A stretch of DNA of 63,768 nucleotides, filler included, from Octopus bimaculoides (GCF_001194135.2; 8 parts of 6 records of this genome joined end to end with filler, not necessarily neighbours in it); one strand, 5' to 3'; positions 11,882-27,766 are shown, counted from the first letter of the whole stretch. Notes: generated from the sequence alone by a model not told the origin. Translations and numbers: made by a program.

Positions 11882-12350
11882 GCATTATTAATATTGTGAT
11901 CATCATCATCTTCATCTTAATTGTCGTCTTCGTCATCATTATCGTCATCATCAGCCTCATCGTTTTATTTTGAAATTCATAAACGTTGTTTATTGTAATT
12001 AATATAATTATTGTTCGCATTGTTATATCATCATCCTTCATTATTATAATTATAATTATTATATTTTTCCGTACATATATATCTTCAGCAGCAGCAGCAG
12101 CAGCGGTAACAGCGGCAACGGCAGCAGAAACAGCAGCAACAACAGTAGTCCTGGCATAAAAAGAAACTAATGATCATTATAACCATTCTCCTCAACGCTA
12201 TGATCATCTCCACTTCATCCTTTTTTCCCTCTTCCTCCTCCTCCTTCTCTTCCTCCTTCTCCTCATCCTCTTCCTCATCATCATCATTATCATCATTATC
12301 ATCAACTTCATCGTCTTCGTCGTCGGCGTCGTTGTCATCGTTATTATCAA
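10900..12350. repeat. Compound trinucleotide low-complexity region (CTT/CCT, ACT, ATT, CAT, CAG)
   Basis: Successive trinucleotide tracts read directly; the overlapping ORFs are homopolymeric. Confidence 0.85.
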
Positions 12351-12937
12351 ATCGCATCATCACCGAAGACTTCTTTCATAAACCGAAAATAAAATAACAC
12401 GAAACTTACATGTCCGATACTCTGTATGAACTGTAGGTCGCTCCAGACAAACAAACAAGTAGCATAGAACAAAGAAAGAAAGAAAGAAAGAAAGAAAGAA
12501 AAAGAAAGAAAATGCAAAGTAAAATCTACGCACGAAAGAAAAGAAAAAAGAAAAACTAAAACAGCAAAATCTGAACAAAGCACACACAATACAGAAAAGA
12601 AAAAATAGCTGTGATGAAAGAATACAGCCCGAGGCTGCACATTGGATGATGGCTAACTTGATTTACTTGCCCTTTCAAAAGGCTTTCCTTCCGTTAAATT
12701 AAAACCATTTTGGGAGCGATGTTTAAGAAAGGTACACCCCACTCCAGTTTTTTCTTCCTTCTCAATCGGACATCCTATATAATTTCTTGACCTGGTTGTA
12801 CATAGTATGAAGTCTTCACTTTGATCTTTAGGAAGCATTGAACAAAAAGAAGATGGTCGGTGCAGAGACGTGGGGATGCAGCTAGGGTGAAAGTAATTGA
12901 ATAGTCGGACACCTTTAACTTAACTGTTATGTTGCTG

Positions 12938-12988
<51 letters not shown>

Positions 12989-13399
12989 TGTGTGAGTGTA
13001 TATGTGTGTATGTGTGTGTGTGTGTGTGTGTATGGTTTATGAGTGAGAGGGGGGTACGGATACAGAGAAAGACAGACACGTACATACATACAATTGTGTC
13101 TATATATCTAGACAATTACACATGTGTGTGTGTATGCATGCATGTATATATATATATGTATGAATGCATGATATAAGTATATTTTCTATCTATCCATCTA
13201 TCTCTATACACACACACACACACACAAATATCTAAATTTACACACATGTATATATGTGCGTCAGTGTGTGTGCCTCTCTGTGTGTGTGCAAGTGTGCGGA
13301 TGTGTGTGTGTGTATGTGTGTGTGTATGTGTGTGTGCGTGCCTGCGTGCATGTGTATGTGTATGTCTATAAAGTTAAGAAGCTTACTTTCCGTTCACAT

Positions 13400-13975
13400 G
13401 ATCCTGAGATCGGGCACACTTAGCTGGCCCCATCACTTAACTAAACCTTATTTTATTGACCATGAATGGTTGAGAGTCAAAATTCACCTCGGCAGGAATT
13501 GAACTCAGAGCCTAAATCTCCGGAAGAAATATCGCAAGACATTACTTCCGTCGCTCTAATGATTCTGCCTCTCGCAACTTGTTTCTAACATATGTGCAAT
13601 GCCTAAAGTTTTAGAAGTGCAGTGAGCTGATTACATCGACCCCAGTTCTTGACTTGTAGGTAGAGGTGAACTCGTCAGAATTTGAACTCAGATTGTAAAT
13701 AATCGAAAGAAATACTGCAAGGCATTTTTCTCACTGACCTAACGATTCTGCTAATTCACGGCTCATCTAATAACAACATTTCTATTATAGGCAGAAGGCC
13801 TGAAATTTGTGAGAGGGGACTAGTCGATTACATCGACCCCAGTACTCAAATGGTAATTAATTTGTCGACCCCGAAGGGATGAAAGGTAAAGTCAACCTCG
13901 GCGGAATTTGAACTCAGAACATAGCGACGGGCAAAATGTCCAGCGTGCTAACAAATCTACGATATCGCCGCCTTC
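13400..13975 (-). mobile_element. Three head-to-tail SINE family B copies of differing decay (~13400-13570, ~13590-13765, ~13780-13975)
   Basis: Each contains a gaa(a/t)ttgaactcag B-box reverse complement; copies 2 and 3 also carry gattacatcgaccccagt. The third is closest to the copies at 19605 and 54325. Confidence 0.78.
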
Positions 13976-14324
13976 AGCTTGTCTAATAATAACACTAACA
14001 AAATTTTATCAAATTTATTTATTTTATTTATTGCTTGTCTTTGGTCAGTAAGTGTTATTTCCTATGTACGTCTTTCTAGAAATCAAAGGAAAGGACTAAT
14101 ATTCCCTTCAAACTTTGCTTCTGTGACCTGGACATCAATGTTTTGAAACCGACATCTTTTCCATTATATTTCACAAAGGTCTCGTGCTGAGTTTTTGAAG
14201 CAGAAATATCGTTACAACAAATATTCTGCTCAATACCACAGATTTTCGTATCGGTTACTTGATCTTTGTACCATAGGCATAATGCTTGGAATGTTGTGTA
14301 AAATTCACTGCCTCACTTTGTCTT

Positions 14325-14520
14325 GTATTTGTTTTCGTCACTTAACTGCGGTCATGCTAGAGCACCACCTTCAATGGTTTTAGTCAAACAAACTGACCTC
14401 AGTAATTGTTATTTGTTCTGAAGCCTGGTATTTATTCTATCGATCTACTGGCCAAACTGCTAAGTTCTTTACACGAAAACAAACCACACTGGTTGTCAAG
14501 CGGTGGTCAGGAAAAAAACC
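14325..14520 (-). mobile_element. Degraded SINE family A 3' half
   Basis: cgtcacttaactgcggtcatgctagagcaccacc...ttattctatcgatctactggccaaactgctaagtt...ggttgtcaagcgg. Confidence 0.75.
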
Positions 14521-15231
14521 ATATACACAAAGATGCACACACAGAGACAAGCAAGCATATATATATATGTATATATATGTATATAACTGAAAGAAGACCA
14601 TCATATATATGTGTATATATATATATATTGGAAAAAATACACCAAGTCCACAGAGCGTGTATGGAACAGTGTTTCGTCACACATTAGGAAAGAGGCATAA
14701 GAAAATGTAGCAGTTGACGATAAACCCATCTCTTGAAGTTCTGAAAAAGAAATGGAGGTTAGAAGTAACTGGGACAGTTCAGGTGAATATAGATAGGACC
14801 GACAAAGCAGTCTTGTTATGGTGCAATGAATAAAGTTGATCTCTTGTCCCAGGAATCGTTTCATAATACCAATCAATGGTGATAATCATGATGGTAATAG
14901 TGATGAGAGTGATTACGATGATAATGAGTTGTAGAAAGGGGTCAGAAGAACAGCAAAAACCTTTATATGTGTTTGTCTATGTAGGGGTGTGTATATGTAT
15001 GTATAACTAACTAATGAACGGGAATTACATAATCAAATTCATAGGCTTATAGCTGCTTCCGCAATACGAAACCACGCAGAGGTAATTGACACTGATATAT
15101 TATAGATTCCCCAGAGCCCTGACATGAGCAATGCTTTAAGATATATTCTCACAGAGGTATGTACACACAGACACACAGACACACGCACGCGCATGCATAC
15201 AAACACGCGCGCGTGCGTGCACACACACATA

Positions 15232-16085
15232 TGCGAGGCAGTAGCAAAACATTCCCAGACTAGTTTTGTAGATGACAGCACACGGTTGCGTGCGCAGTGA
15301 GAGCCTTCATGAGGCAGTGTTCCGAGTGACATCACTAACTCACAAGTTGTGAGATTTGTATGTTTGTACTCACTGGTATGTTGTTGTCCGCAATTTGGTC
15401 ATAAACAGGAACAAAGGACCAACGTGAAATTCTGTGTTAAACTTGGCAAGTCTGCTAGAGAGACATTGATCATGCTTCGGCAGGTTTACAGCGATGAGGC
15501 AGTGGGTCATACGCAATGTTTCGAGTGGCACGGGCGCTTCAAAAGTGGAAGAACGTCCCTGGAAGACGATGAGCAATCTGAAAGACCTGCCACGAGCGTT
15601 ACCCCGGAAATGTGGTATCATGCATCGAAATTTCGTCCCTGCCAATGCCAGACAGTCAACCGAGAGTTCTACTTTGATGTTTTGAAGTATTTGAAGAACA
15701 TCCAAGGAAACAACCGGATCTATGGAGCGCGAACAATTGATTCTTCAGGACAAAAGTGCCAAAAACCACACGGTATCACTTTCGCACCTACCCTGTTCGC
15801 CAGATTTACCACCTGGAGACTTTCATCTCTTCCCCAAAATAAAAATGCAGGTCAAAGATCAGCGTTTTAACACGGTTGTCGAAATCCAGAGCGAATCGCA
15901 GAAGGTCCTCGACCAGCTTACGGAAAACGACTTCTAGGCCGGATTCCAAAGGTGGCAGGAATGCTGGGACGAGTGTATCGCTGCACAAGGTAACTATCTC
16001 GAAGGAGATGATGTTAAAATTTAGGTAAATAAGTTATTTTTTGCTAAACATAACTAGACCGGGAACATTTTCATACCACCTCGTA
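15232..16085 (+). mobile_element. Internally deleted mariner (DD34D-type) transposon with both TIRs
   Basis: N-terminus EQRTNVKFCVKLGKSARETLIMLRQVY...FEWHGRFKSGRTSLEDD; C-terminus SPDLPPGDFHLFPKIK...FQRWQECWDECIAAQGNYLEG. ~36-bp imperfect TIRs (cgaggcagtagcaaaacattcccagactagtt / aactagaccgggaacattttcataccacctcg), TA at the right end. Confidence 0.9.
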
Positions 16086-16282
16086 TATATTCACTTCAAA
16101 TTCGAAGCTCGATAAAGATATAAGATGTTACTCAAGCACTCAACTATGAATCCACTTCGTCCTATATCAGAAACAGTTGTAATCTAATAAGGTCATAACA
16201 TAATCGGTCAAACATTTGTTGTTTTATTTACCCATATATATCCAGTTATGTAGATAGACACTTGCATTGACACACACACACG

Positions 16283-16410
<128 letters not shown>

Positions 16411-16613
16411 GATATATATAAATATATGCATATATGGGTGCAGGACGTTACCAACAGTAAACAACATGAAATACGAAAACAAATGTGCTCAATACGCAAA
16501 CAACGAGAGACACAAATGGAAAACGGGACAAGTAATGTAAAGAACGATTCTTCATCAGTTGTCAGCTGTCTATCTACTCCCCATTTGGAGCATTAAATGA
16601 CAATATGAGTTTT

Positions 16614-17120
16614 CGAAGACAGTTGCTCCCACAAGTACCAAAATAAAATTTGGGATTTATGGGTGAAAGTTGGGAACAAAAATAGGACAGCGGCGACATA
16701 CAAGGAAACGGAACGAAAGCAAACATGAACGAGGGTAAAATAGCGAACTCTGGAGAAATATTTTCTTTCACGAGAGAAAAGATAGAAGAGAGAGATAGGA
16801 TACGTCAAGTCCTTAGGACAGACCTAAAAGAAAAGAAAGATGATCACGTGAAGAAAAGAAAGATAGACGATGGTCACGTATGAGCAACAAGAGTGAGTAA
16901 AGAAGAAAGAGGGGGAGAGAAAGAAAGACAGATTGAAAACGGTGAAGGGGGAAAAAGGGAATTAGAGAAAGGGTGAGAGAGAAAACAATGGAGAAAACAG
17001 TACAGATCTGTCCCAGGACGGTTCCCTTGTTTTGTCTCAACTGTCCGGTTTTTGTTCCCAAATTTCACCCTCCATAAATCGCAAACTTTATATTGGTACT
17101 TATGGGAGCAACCGTCTACG
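16614..17120. mobile_element. Putative non-autonomous fold-back/MITE element with ~100-bp TIRs
   Basis: 16614-16711 (cgaagacagttgctcccacaagtaccaaaataaaatttgggatttatgggtgaaagttgggaacaaaaa...) is the imperfect reverse complement of 17019-17120, enclosing ~300 bp of GA-rich DNA. The right end abuts an assembly join. Confidence 0.7.
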
Positions 17121-17220
17121 NNNNNNNNNNNNNNNNNNNNNNNNNNNNNNNNNNNNNNNNNNNNTTAATTAATTAANNNNNNNNNNNNNNNNNNNNNNNN
17201 NNNNNNNNNNNNNNNNNNNN
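17121..17220. other. Artificial scaffold join N44-TTAATTAATTAA-N44 (also 21377-21476, 30510-30609, 34763-34862, 55413-55512, 59321-59420, 62296-62395)
   Basis: Seven identical 100-bp blocks: exactly 44 N on each side of a 12-mer with stops in all six frames. Confidence 0.95.
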
Positions 17221-17289
17221 TATATATATATATTAATATTACACATTCATACATATAAATTCAAACATACAGTTTTGTAAATACTATAC

Positions 17290-17352
<63 letters not shown>

Positions 17353-17554
17353 GAGGGGGAGAGAATGATACATACACACCTATACATGCATATATATACA
17401 TACACACATATACATGCATATATATACATACACACAAGCAAATAAATACAAACGTGATGTTCATATATACATATATATGTATAGATACGCGTGTATGTAT
17501 ATGTGTATACACACCATACAGACATGTATGTATGTATGCATGTATGTATGTATG

Positions 17555-17585
<31 letters not shown>

Positions 17586-18056
17586 GTATGTATGTATCTA
17601 TCTGTCTGTCTGACTGTCTGTCTGTTTGTCTGTCTATCTATCTATCTATCTATCTATCTATCCACAGTCATACTTGCATATACGTGGCGTATCGTGAGAC
17701 GATGACATGGAATACCTAGTTAATATCATCGTTGAGTAAATTACATCTACTTTTGGTGACGTGTATACATACATTACATACATTCATGCTTACATATATA
17801 CATGCATACATACATACCACGCATACATACATACATACATATATACATAGATAGATATATNNNNNNNNNNNNNNNNNNNNNNNNNNNNNNNNNNNNNNNN
17901 NNNNNNNNNNNNNNNNNNNNNNNNNNNNNNNNNNNNNNNNNNNNNNNNNNNNNNNNNNNNNNNNNNNNNNNNNNNNNNNNNNNNNNNNNNNNNNNNNNNN
18001 NNNNNNNNNNNNNNNNNNNNNNNNNNNNNNNNNNNNNNNNNNNNNNNNNTATATAT

Positions 18057-18142
<86 letters not shown>

Positions 18143-18409
18143 TATGTGTGCATGCGTATATATATATCTGTGCATAATTATTATTATATTGTTATGGTGT
18201 TTGTTCGATGGTGATATTATCCATGTATATAAATGCGTTCCGAAATAAAATTGCACTTCATTTTTGAAGCCCAGACAGCTATAAGCACTCAACTATGTTT
18301 GCATTGTTTATTCTCATTTGTGTGTGTATATGTATGTATGTATATTTATTAATATTTAGCAATAGTAACAAAGTGACTCAAGGTCCGAGAGTTTCGTTCA
18401 TTGGCACTT

Positions 18410-19509
18410 AACATCACGTGTTTGCCTACAACAGTTACGTGAAGAATAACGAGTTTCGGCGCCACTTCAACATCAGGTACTTTCCACCCGCAGCACAATC
18501 TTACGTGAATGCACTTCGTATACGAGATACACTAATGAAGAGGAGACCAGTGGAGGCTCCTCGAACAGTACGGACTCCGGAAAGTGTGGAAAGCGCCAGA
18601 CAAGCTTTGATACGGAGTCCGAATCTCTCTGCTCGGAGGCATTCCACTGAACTTGGCATCGGTAATCCATCGGTAAAGGCGTATTTTGCATGAAGACCTG
18701 CCTTTCCACCCGTACAAATTGGTCATTGGGCAACAGTTGAAACCATGGGACTATGCACAGTGGCTTAACTTCGCATGCCAGATTGAAGCAATTTTTGAGG
18801 CAAATGACAACCTCGTTTTGTTAATGAGTGATGAAGTTCATTTTCCTCTCAATAGCATGGTGAATCAACAGAACTGTTGTTATTGTGACCTTGAAAATCC
18901 GAGGGAACTGCACGAAAGACCACTGCACAACCCATAAGTGACGGTCTGGTGTGCTGTTGGAAAAGCTGCTGTCATTGATCCTTAATTTTTTTAATACAAT
19001 AATGGAAATGCTGCTACTGTGAAAACTGAGCGTTACATCGAGACGATAAACAAAAACTTTGTGCCTGAATTACGACGAAAACGTATGCCTATCCGACGTG
19101 TGTGGTTTCAGCAGGATGGGGCGACGGCCCACACAGCCAGAGCATCAACGGACGTTCTTCATTGACATTCCTTGATCCTCTCGGTCTTCTGATTTATCAA
19201 TGTGTGATTATTTCTTGTGGGTAAACCTCAAGGCACGTGTGCATGCGCATAAACCCCGTACATTGGACGATTTGAAGGAAGACTAAATCGACAGAGCAAT
19301 GCTGGAAAGAATGGAGGCCAACTTCCAAAAACGCCTTCAGAAATGCATCAGTGACAATGATCACCACATGATGGATGTTGCTTTCCACACTTGATTTTGA
19401 CAAATGCTAATTCAATACGAACACATTGATGTCAATAAAATTTGTTTGCAGCTAAAATGAATGATTTTGTGAATTTTTCAAAAAACCACGTCCTCTCTGC
19501 ATCACCCTG

Positions 19510-19511
<2 letters not shown>
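18410..19511 (+). mobile_element. Tc1/mariner-superfamily transposase relic with right TIR only
   Basis: RTVRTPESVESARQALIRSPNLSARRHS...HPYKL...LLMSDEVHF...NQQN...VTVWCAV...VWFQQDGATAHTAR...CDYFLW..LKARV; right end caccctgTA (reverse complement TA-CAGGGTG). No left TIR found. Confidence 0.85.
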
Positions 19512-19541
<30 letters not shown>

Positions 19542-19604
19542 TATATGGATAGATATACACAGATAAATACATATTTTAAATATATTATATATATATATAT
19601 ATAT

Positions 19605-19795
19605 AAAGGCATAAGGCCTGAAATTTTGTGGGAGACGCTAGTCGATTATATCGACCCCCGTACTCAAGTGGTACTTATTTTATCGACCCCGAAAAGATGA
19701 AAAGTAAAGTCGACCTAGGCGGAATTTGAACTTAGAATGTGAAGACAGACGAAACGCTGATAAGCATTTTGCCCGATTCTGCCAGCTCGCCGCTT
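19605..19795 (-). mobile_element. SINE family B copy
   Basis: aggcataaggcctgaaatttt...ctagtcgattatatcgaccc...gtcgacctaggcggaatttgaac...ttctgccagctcgccgc. Confidence 0.88.
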
Positions 19796-20300
19796 TAAAC
19801 GAATTAATAATAATGATAACACGAAAACATATATTACATGGAAATGTATTAAAATAATGTATTTCACCAAGTTTTTGTTATAAATTATCTATACATGCTT
19901 TCTCTGCAGCTTACCACCCACAAATACACATACACACATACACACAGACATATCCACATACTACACACGTACATACACATTACACTTACACACATAAATA
20001 CACATGTATACAAATACACACACATAAGCCAGCAGTAATATGGAAAACAAACATAAGAGTTTAATAGTTTCACACAATTGTAGCTTTAAAGATGTCACCC
20101 AAAGTGCTATACGAATAGACATTGTCTTTCTGTAAGACTGACAAATAGAGAAATATCAATAGTTATACAAAAATCGATATTATGACAACAAAAAAAAGAT
20201 CAATTTTGTAGAGTGTAAAAAAAAAGATAGAAAATTTAGACAGCTGTCGTTTCTTTTGTAACTTAAGTGAACATCAACGTAAATAACATGATTGTTTGTT

Positions 20301-20331
<31 letters not shown>

Positions 20332-20822
20332 ATGTGTGTGTGTGAGTGTGAGTATATATATATATATATACTATATGTACTATATGTACTATATTTTGGG
20401 TTGGTGCATAATTATTGCGGCTTTTTCAACAAATTTTATTCAACAAGAACAATAAAAACACGTGACAAAAACATCTTTAAGTGACTATTCCGGAGCATAT
20501 TCNNNNNNNNNNNNNNNNNNNNNNNNNNNNNNNNNNNNNNNNNNNNNNNNNNNNNNNNNNNNNNNNNNNNNNNNNNNNNNNNNNNNNNNNNNNNNNNNNN
20601 NNNNNNNNNNNNNNNNNNNNNNNNNNNNNNNNNNNNNNNNNNNNNNNNNNNNNNNNNNNNNNNNNNNNNNNNNNNNNNNNNNNNNNNNNNNNNNNNNNNN
20701 NNNNNNNNNNNNNNNNNNNNNNNNNNNNNNNNNNNNNNNNNNNNNNNNNNNNNNNNNNNNNNNNNNNNNNNNNNNNNNNNNNNNNNNNNNNNNNNNNNNN
20801 NNNNNNNNNNNNNNNNNNNNNN

Positions 20823-20869
<47 letters not shown>

Positions 20870-21338
20870 AATACATATGTATATATAAATATATATATAC
20901 ATGTATATATATGTATATACACATAAATAATACATGCACACATAATATATATATACTCACACATACTCACACACGCATAAAATATTCTCATATATATATT
21001 TATATATGTGTATTTATATATGTTACGTTGCTTCATGTTACGTTGCTTCATGTCGAACGAAGGAGAGAGGAGTTGTAGAGGATATGGATTTCACTGAATC
21101 TCGTGGCGTGAAACTCTAAACACAAGACAAGTCCTCAGTTTTATTTTCAATAAAAGAAAACAACAAATATAATATAATATAATATAATATAATACAATAT
21201 ATAATGTATGCATGTATGTATGCATGTGTGCATGTACATATGTAAACGTATGTGTGCATGTATATATGCCTGTATATCCAACAACTACGTACATATGTAA
21301 ACATTATATACTTATAAATACATAGATAATAGATACCC

Positions 21339-21376
<38 letters not shown>

Positions 21377-21562
21377 NNNNNNNNNNNNNNNNNNNNNNNN
21401 NNNNNNNNNNNNNNNNNNNNTTAATTAATTAANNNNNNNNNNNNNNNNNNNNNNNNNNNNNNNNNNNNNNNNNNNNACAAAATGTTAAAACAAAATAGGT
21501 CTTTTAAGAGGTGAAAAATGCAACTTACATGGGAGCCGATGTGTCTACCGTCCGTCCATGAT

Positions 21563-21634
<72 letters not shown>

Positions 21635-21660
21635 CATGCATGCATACATACATACATACA

Positions 21661-21692
<32 letters not shown>

Positions 21693-23269
21693 CAAGTAGA
21701 TACATTTTGCAGTATATTAACATATAGAAGGGCGTACAGTGTTAAAATACCGATCAGATCGTAAAAGCTGCTGACTTTAGGTCCTGTTCATTAGAGAAGT
21801 CTCGTTAGTAACGCAGTAATAAGAAGATTCATTTGGCAATATATGGTTATCTTTATGAACCTCTCACATGCAACATGATGGCAGATTTTGTGATCAGTTT
21901 GTGTGATTAGATGTGAATGATATTATCTAACGATTTGTCCTTTTAATATAATGATGTACGAAGTCAAAGCCAAATGTAGGGGATTTTATACATACGTACA
22001 TACATACATACATACATATATACATACATACTTATATATTACGTGTGTGTGTGTGCGTGCGCGCTTGTGTGTATAAATGTTTGTGCGCATGTGCATTTTG
22101 TTCTTTTTACACATACACTTATTGGAAAAATCAAAAAAAATCTTAAACCTATACAATAGCATCATCTATGTGTTAGTCTACAATTTATCAAATTCATTTT
22201 CACTGTACGTATTTCTCGATATGATTGCGAGTGTCTATACATACACAAGTGCACACATCCACGCAAACAAGCACACACACACATACACACACACACACAT
22301 ACACACACACGCACATATATTTTTACACACATATATTAATTACATAAGTTATCTATACATGTGTATATATATATATATNNNNNNNNNNNNNNNNNNNNNN
22401 NNNNNNNNNNNNNNNNNNNNNNNATATATACATATATATGTATACATATACATGCATAGATACATAGATACATATATATATATATGTATACACATATATA
22501 TACACACACACATACATACATACATACATACATACATACATACATACACACATATCCATAAACACTCATACTTTCATTGTTTGTTATTATTTCCTTTCTC
22601 TATAGACAAATAACTATTTTCAATGAACATTCGCTTATAATTATTTTACTGAAAATTATGAAAATGTTTTCGCTAAAGCGACAGGGGATCTATATTGTAG
22701 TTATTTATTGGTTTAATACTTAGTCGTAAATGACTTGTTAGCAATATTTTTCGGAAAATATTTTTTATCACGTCTTTTATCCGGTAGGAAACCGAAAATT
22801 ATGAACATAATTTGTTATTTTTTTGTTTACTATATTTGTGTGTTTGATTAAGCATCGTTGATTAAGGTTGTTTATATCTTTCACACGCAAAAGCATTTTT
22901 TTTCCTTTCACTTCTTTTTTCTAGTCATTTTTATTTATTTATATATTTATTTATTTGTAAATTCCGGTAGCAGAACTAAAATAGTTTAATTATATATAAA
23001 ATTTCGTATCTACAATTCTGCTCATTAATAACTGAAATATGAATCCCGTAAGGGATTGTATATATGTTTGTCACATTGTAGAATATAGGAATCTATAACC
23101 CTCCTCTACCTTGATGTGAGCGTATTAATGATGATGATGTAAGTATGAAGAGTAAAGCTTCTCTTCCTTCTCATTTTTCTCCTCCTACTTCTCCTTTTTC
23201 TAACTTTACAAATACTAGTACAACTACTATTACTGTTTCCACTGCTATTATTAATACCACCACCACCAA

Positions 23270-23307
<38 letters not shown>

Positions 23308-23689
23308 TTGCTACTAACGCTACTTTGAATAAGAGGGAGAAGTAAATGTACCGAGAAAGGTAAAAAGATTGATTGAATGAAGGAAGGAGGGAATGGAAGA
23401 AAACGAAGATTAATTCAAGAAAAATTTGCAGGAGTTGGAAGAAAATTAAGAACACCGGTAGACATTTAATAGAATACTGGGGGACGTGTGAGAACTTTAT
23501 TTGATATTTATAAACAAGTACTGGGGTGATGTAATCGGCTAGCCCACAGCCCAAAGTTTCAGGCCTTGTGCCTATGATGGCAAGAAGCTTCGTCCTATCA
23601 CATAAAAATATCAGCCGAAACAAAATCGCACCACTCAATCTAAGGTAAAAGAATATTACATACTTGAATTTTATATATAAAGTTAGGAA

Positions 23690-25725
<2,036 letters not shown>

Positions 25726-25726
<1 letters not shown>

Positions 25727-26476
25727 GACTACACATCACAAAGTGATAAGTATAGACAACACACGAGAAAATGATAAGTGCAGAATTCGTATGGTGAAAC
25801 CGTATGGCCTATTACCAGCTAATGTACACCACTAGCCCAGAAGGAATATAAGAAACACAACGAGAATATAGCCAGGCTTGTCCATTGGACGCTTTGCATC
25901 AAGTATGATCTCGAAAGAGAAGAAAATTGGTATCACCGCAAGCCCTAAGGCATCATCGAAAATGATAATGCAAAGATTATGTGGGATTTTATGATTCAGT
26001 GCGGCCATGAGATAGAGAATAGGAAGTCAGACATAGTCTTAATTGAGAAAGAAAAAAAACTATGCTGGATCATAGATATAGCATGCTCAGCTGAGAACAG
26101 GTTATGCGATAAGGAAGAAAGAAAACTTGAGATATATGACAGGTTAGCTTGGGAAGTTAAGCAGTTGAGTCGATAAAAAAGGTAGCAGTAGCACCAGTAA
26201 TTGTCAGATCCCTGGAAACAGTGAGCAAAAATCTCGAAAAGTACGTGGAACAAATAGGGGCTGCAATAAAGGTGGACCACTTGCAGAAAACAGCACTGCT
26301 TGGAACTGCTCGAATACTCCGGAAGGTGCTCGAAAAATAAGAGGTGTTACCTTAGTTCACTGGTAGTGAATAGCTGACACTGTAATATATCTGCAGCGTT
26401 AGAAGCTGTGGAAAGGCAATAANNNNNNNNNNCTGACACTGTAATATATCTGCAGCGTTAGAAGCTGTGGAAAGGC
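25726..26476 (+). mobile_element. R4/Dong-type 3' fragment (copy 2)
   Basis: HENIARLVHWTLCIKY...KIMWDFMIQCGHEIENRKSDIVLIEK...CWIIDIAC...YDRLAWEVK...LQKTALLGTARILRKVLEK*, followed by (AAT)n 26477-26577. Confidence 0.9.
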
Positions 26477-26556
<80 letters not shown>

Positions 26557-26577
26557 TAACAACAATAATAATAACAA

Positions 26578-26885
26578 GTCGATAGATATGACAGGTTAGC
26601 CTGACAGGTTAGCCTGGCAGGTTAAGCATTTGTGGTCGATGAAAAAGTTGGTAGTATCATTAATTGTCGGAGCTCTGGGAACAGTGAGTAAAAATCTTGA
26701 GAGCTCCATGGAACAAATAGGGGATGCAATAAGGATGGACAACTTGTAGAATACAGCACTACTTGGAACTGGTCTAATACTCCGGATGGTGCTTGAAAAA
26801 TAAGGGATGTTACCTTAGTTGACTGTTAGTGAACAGCTGGTAACGTAGTACATCACCAGCGTTAGAAGCGGTGCAAAGACAATAT
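26578..26885 (+). mobile_element. R4/Dong-type 3' fragment (copy 3, same subfamily as copy 2)
   Basis: DRYDRLA...LIVGALGTVSKNLE...TALLGTGLILRMVLEK*; 3'UTR gtgttaccttagtt...agcgttagaagc shared with copy 2; followed by (GAT)n(AAT)n 26887-27021. Confidence 0.88.
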
Positions 26886-26903
26886 ATGATGATGATGATG
26901 ATG

Positions 26904-27006
<103 letters not shown>

Positions 27007-27021
27007 TCATAATAATAATAA

Positions 27022-27766
27022 GCTAACCGAAGATGCCGATTCTCTAACGATTAGATTGAAACTATAGACCACCTAATCTCAGGGTGTAGAGTCTTAGCAC
27101 CTGTAGAATATAAAGCAAGAAATGACAGTGTCGGCCAGTATTTACACTGGACAATATGTCGGCATTATAAAATGAAAACTGCTGACAAATGGTATAAACA
27201 TCATCTTGAAGCTGTGACTGAGGGAGAAATTGTGTCGATTCTCTGGGTCTTCCCGTACATACCGACAGAACTATAAAAGCGAATAAACCGGATATTAATT
27301 GACATGAGTATTCCCTGCGATCATAATATAGCGGCGAAAGAAATTGGCAAGATCAGTAAATATAAAGACTTGCTAATAGAAATTGAAAAAATGTTGCATC
27401 TCAAGACGACTACTGTACCAGTGATAGTAGGATCTCTAGGAATGATAAAAAAAGAAAGGTACTGAAGCCTATTTGAAAATGATACCAGGCCTACCATCCC
27501 TACAGGAAGTGCAAAAATCGTGTTAACTCGGACGACTCATGTACTGAGAAGAGCATTATCGCTGTGAAAACAACATCCATTCATGAATTTATTTATTTAT
27601 TAATTTTCTTTTAAATACATATTTTACCTGTGAATTTGCGTGTGTAAACTGGGAATGCATATAATGAGCTTCTCTGCCCTAGGTGTACGGAAAACACTCG
27701 ACGAGAAATGGAAGAAAATTTGAAGAAAGAAGAAAAAAAACATAATGATAATAATAACAACAACAA
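27022..27766 (+). mobile_element. R4/Dong-type 3' fragment (copy 4, distinct subfamily)
   Basis: TIDHLISGCRVLAPVEYKARNDSVGQYLHWTIC...ANKPDI..IDMSIPCDHNIAAKEIGKISKYKDLLIEIEKM...VPVIVGSLGMIKK...VLRRALSL*, ending in an aat/aac tail. Confidence 0.88.

Noticed and set aside
12085-12170. Possible terminal exon SSSSSGNSGNGSRNSSNNSSPGIKRN* after a ttcag acceptor
   Set aside because: Embedded in 1.5 kb of trinucleotide low-complexity DNA; no upstream exon or homology to support it.
17165-17176. Palindromic TTAATTAATTAA recurring seven times, at first sight a conserved site or piggyBac-like TTAA array
   Set aside because: Always centred in exactly 44+44 N; a synthetic six-frame-stop scaffold linker.
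26374-26481. 49-bp duplication of the Dong copy 2 3'UTR end
   Set aside because: The two copies flank a 10-N gap and are identical; most likely an assembly overlap.
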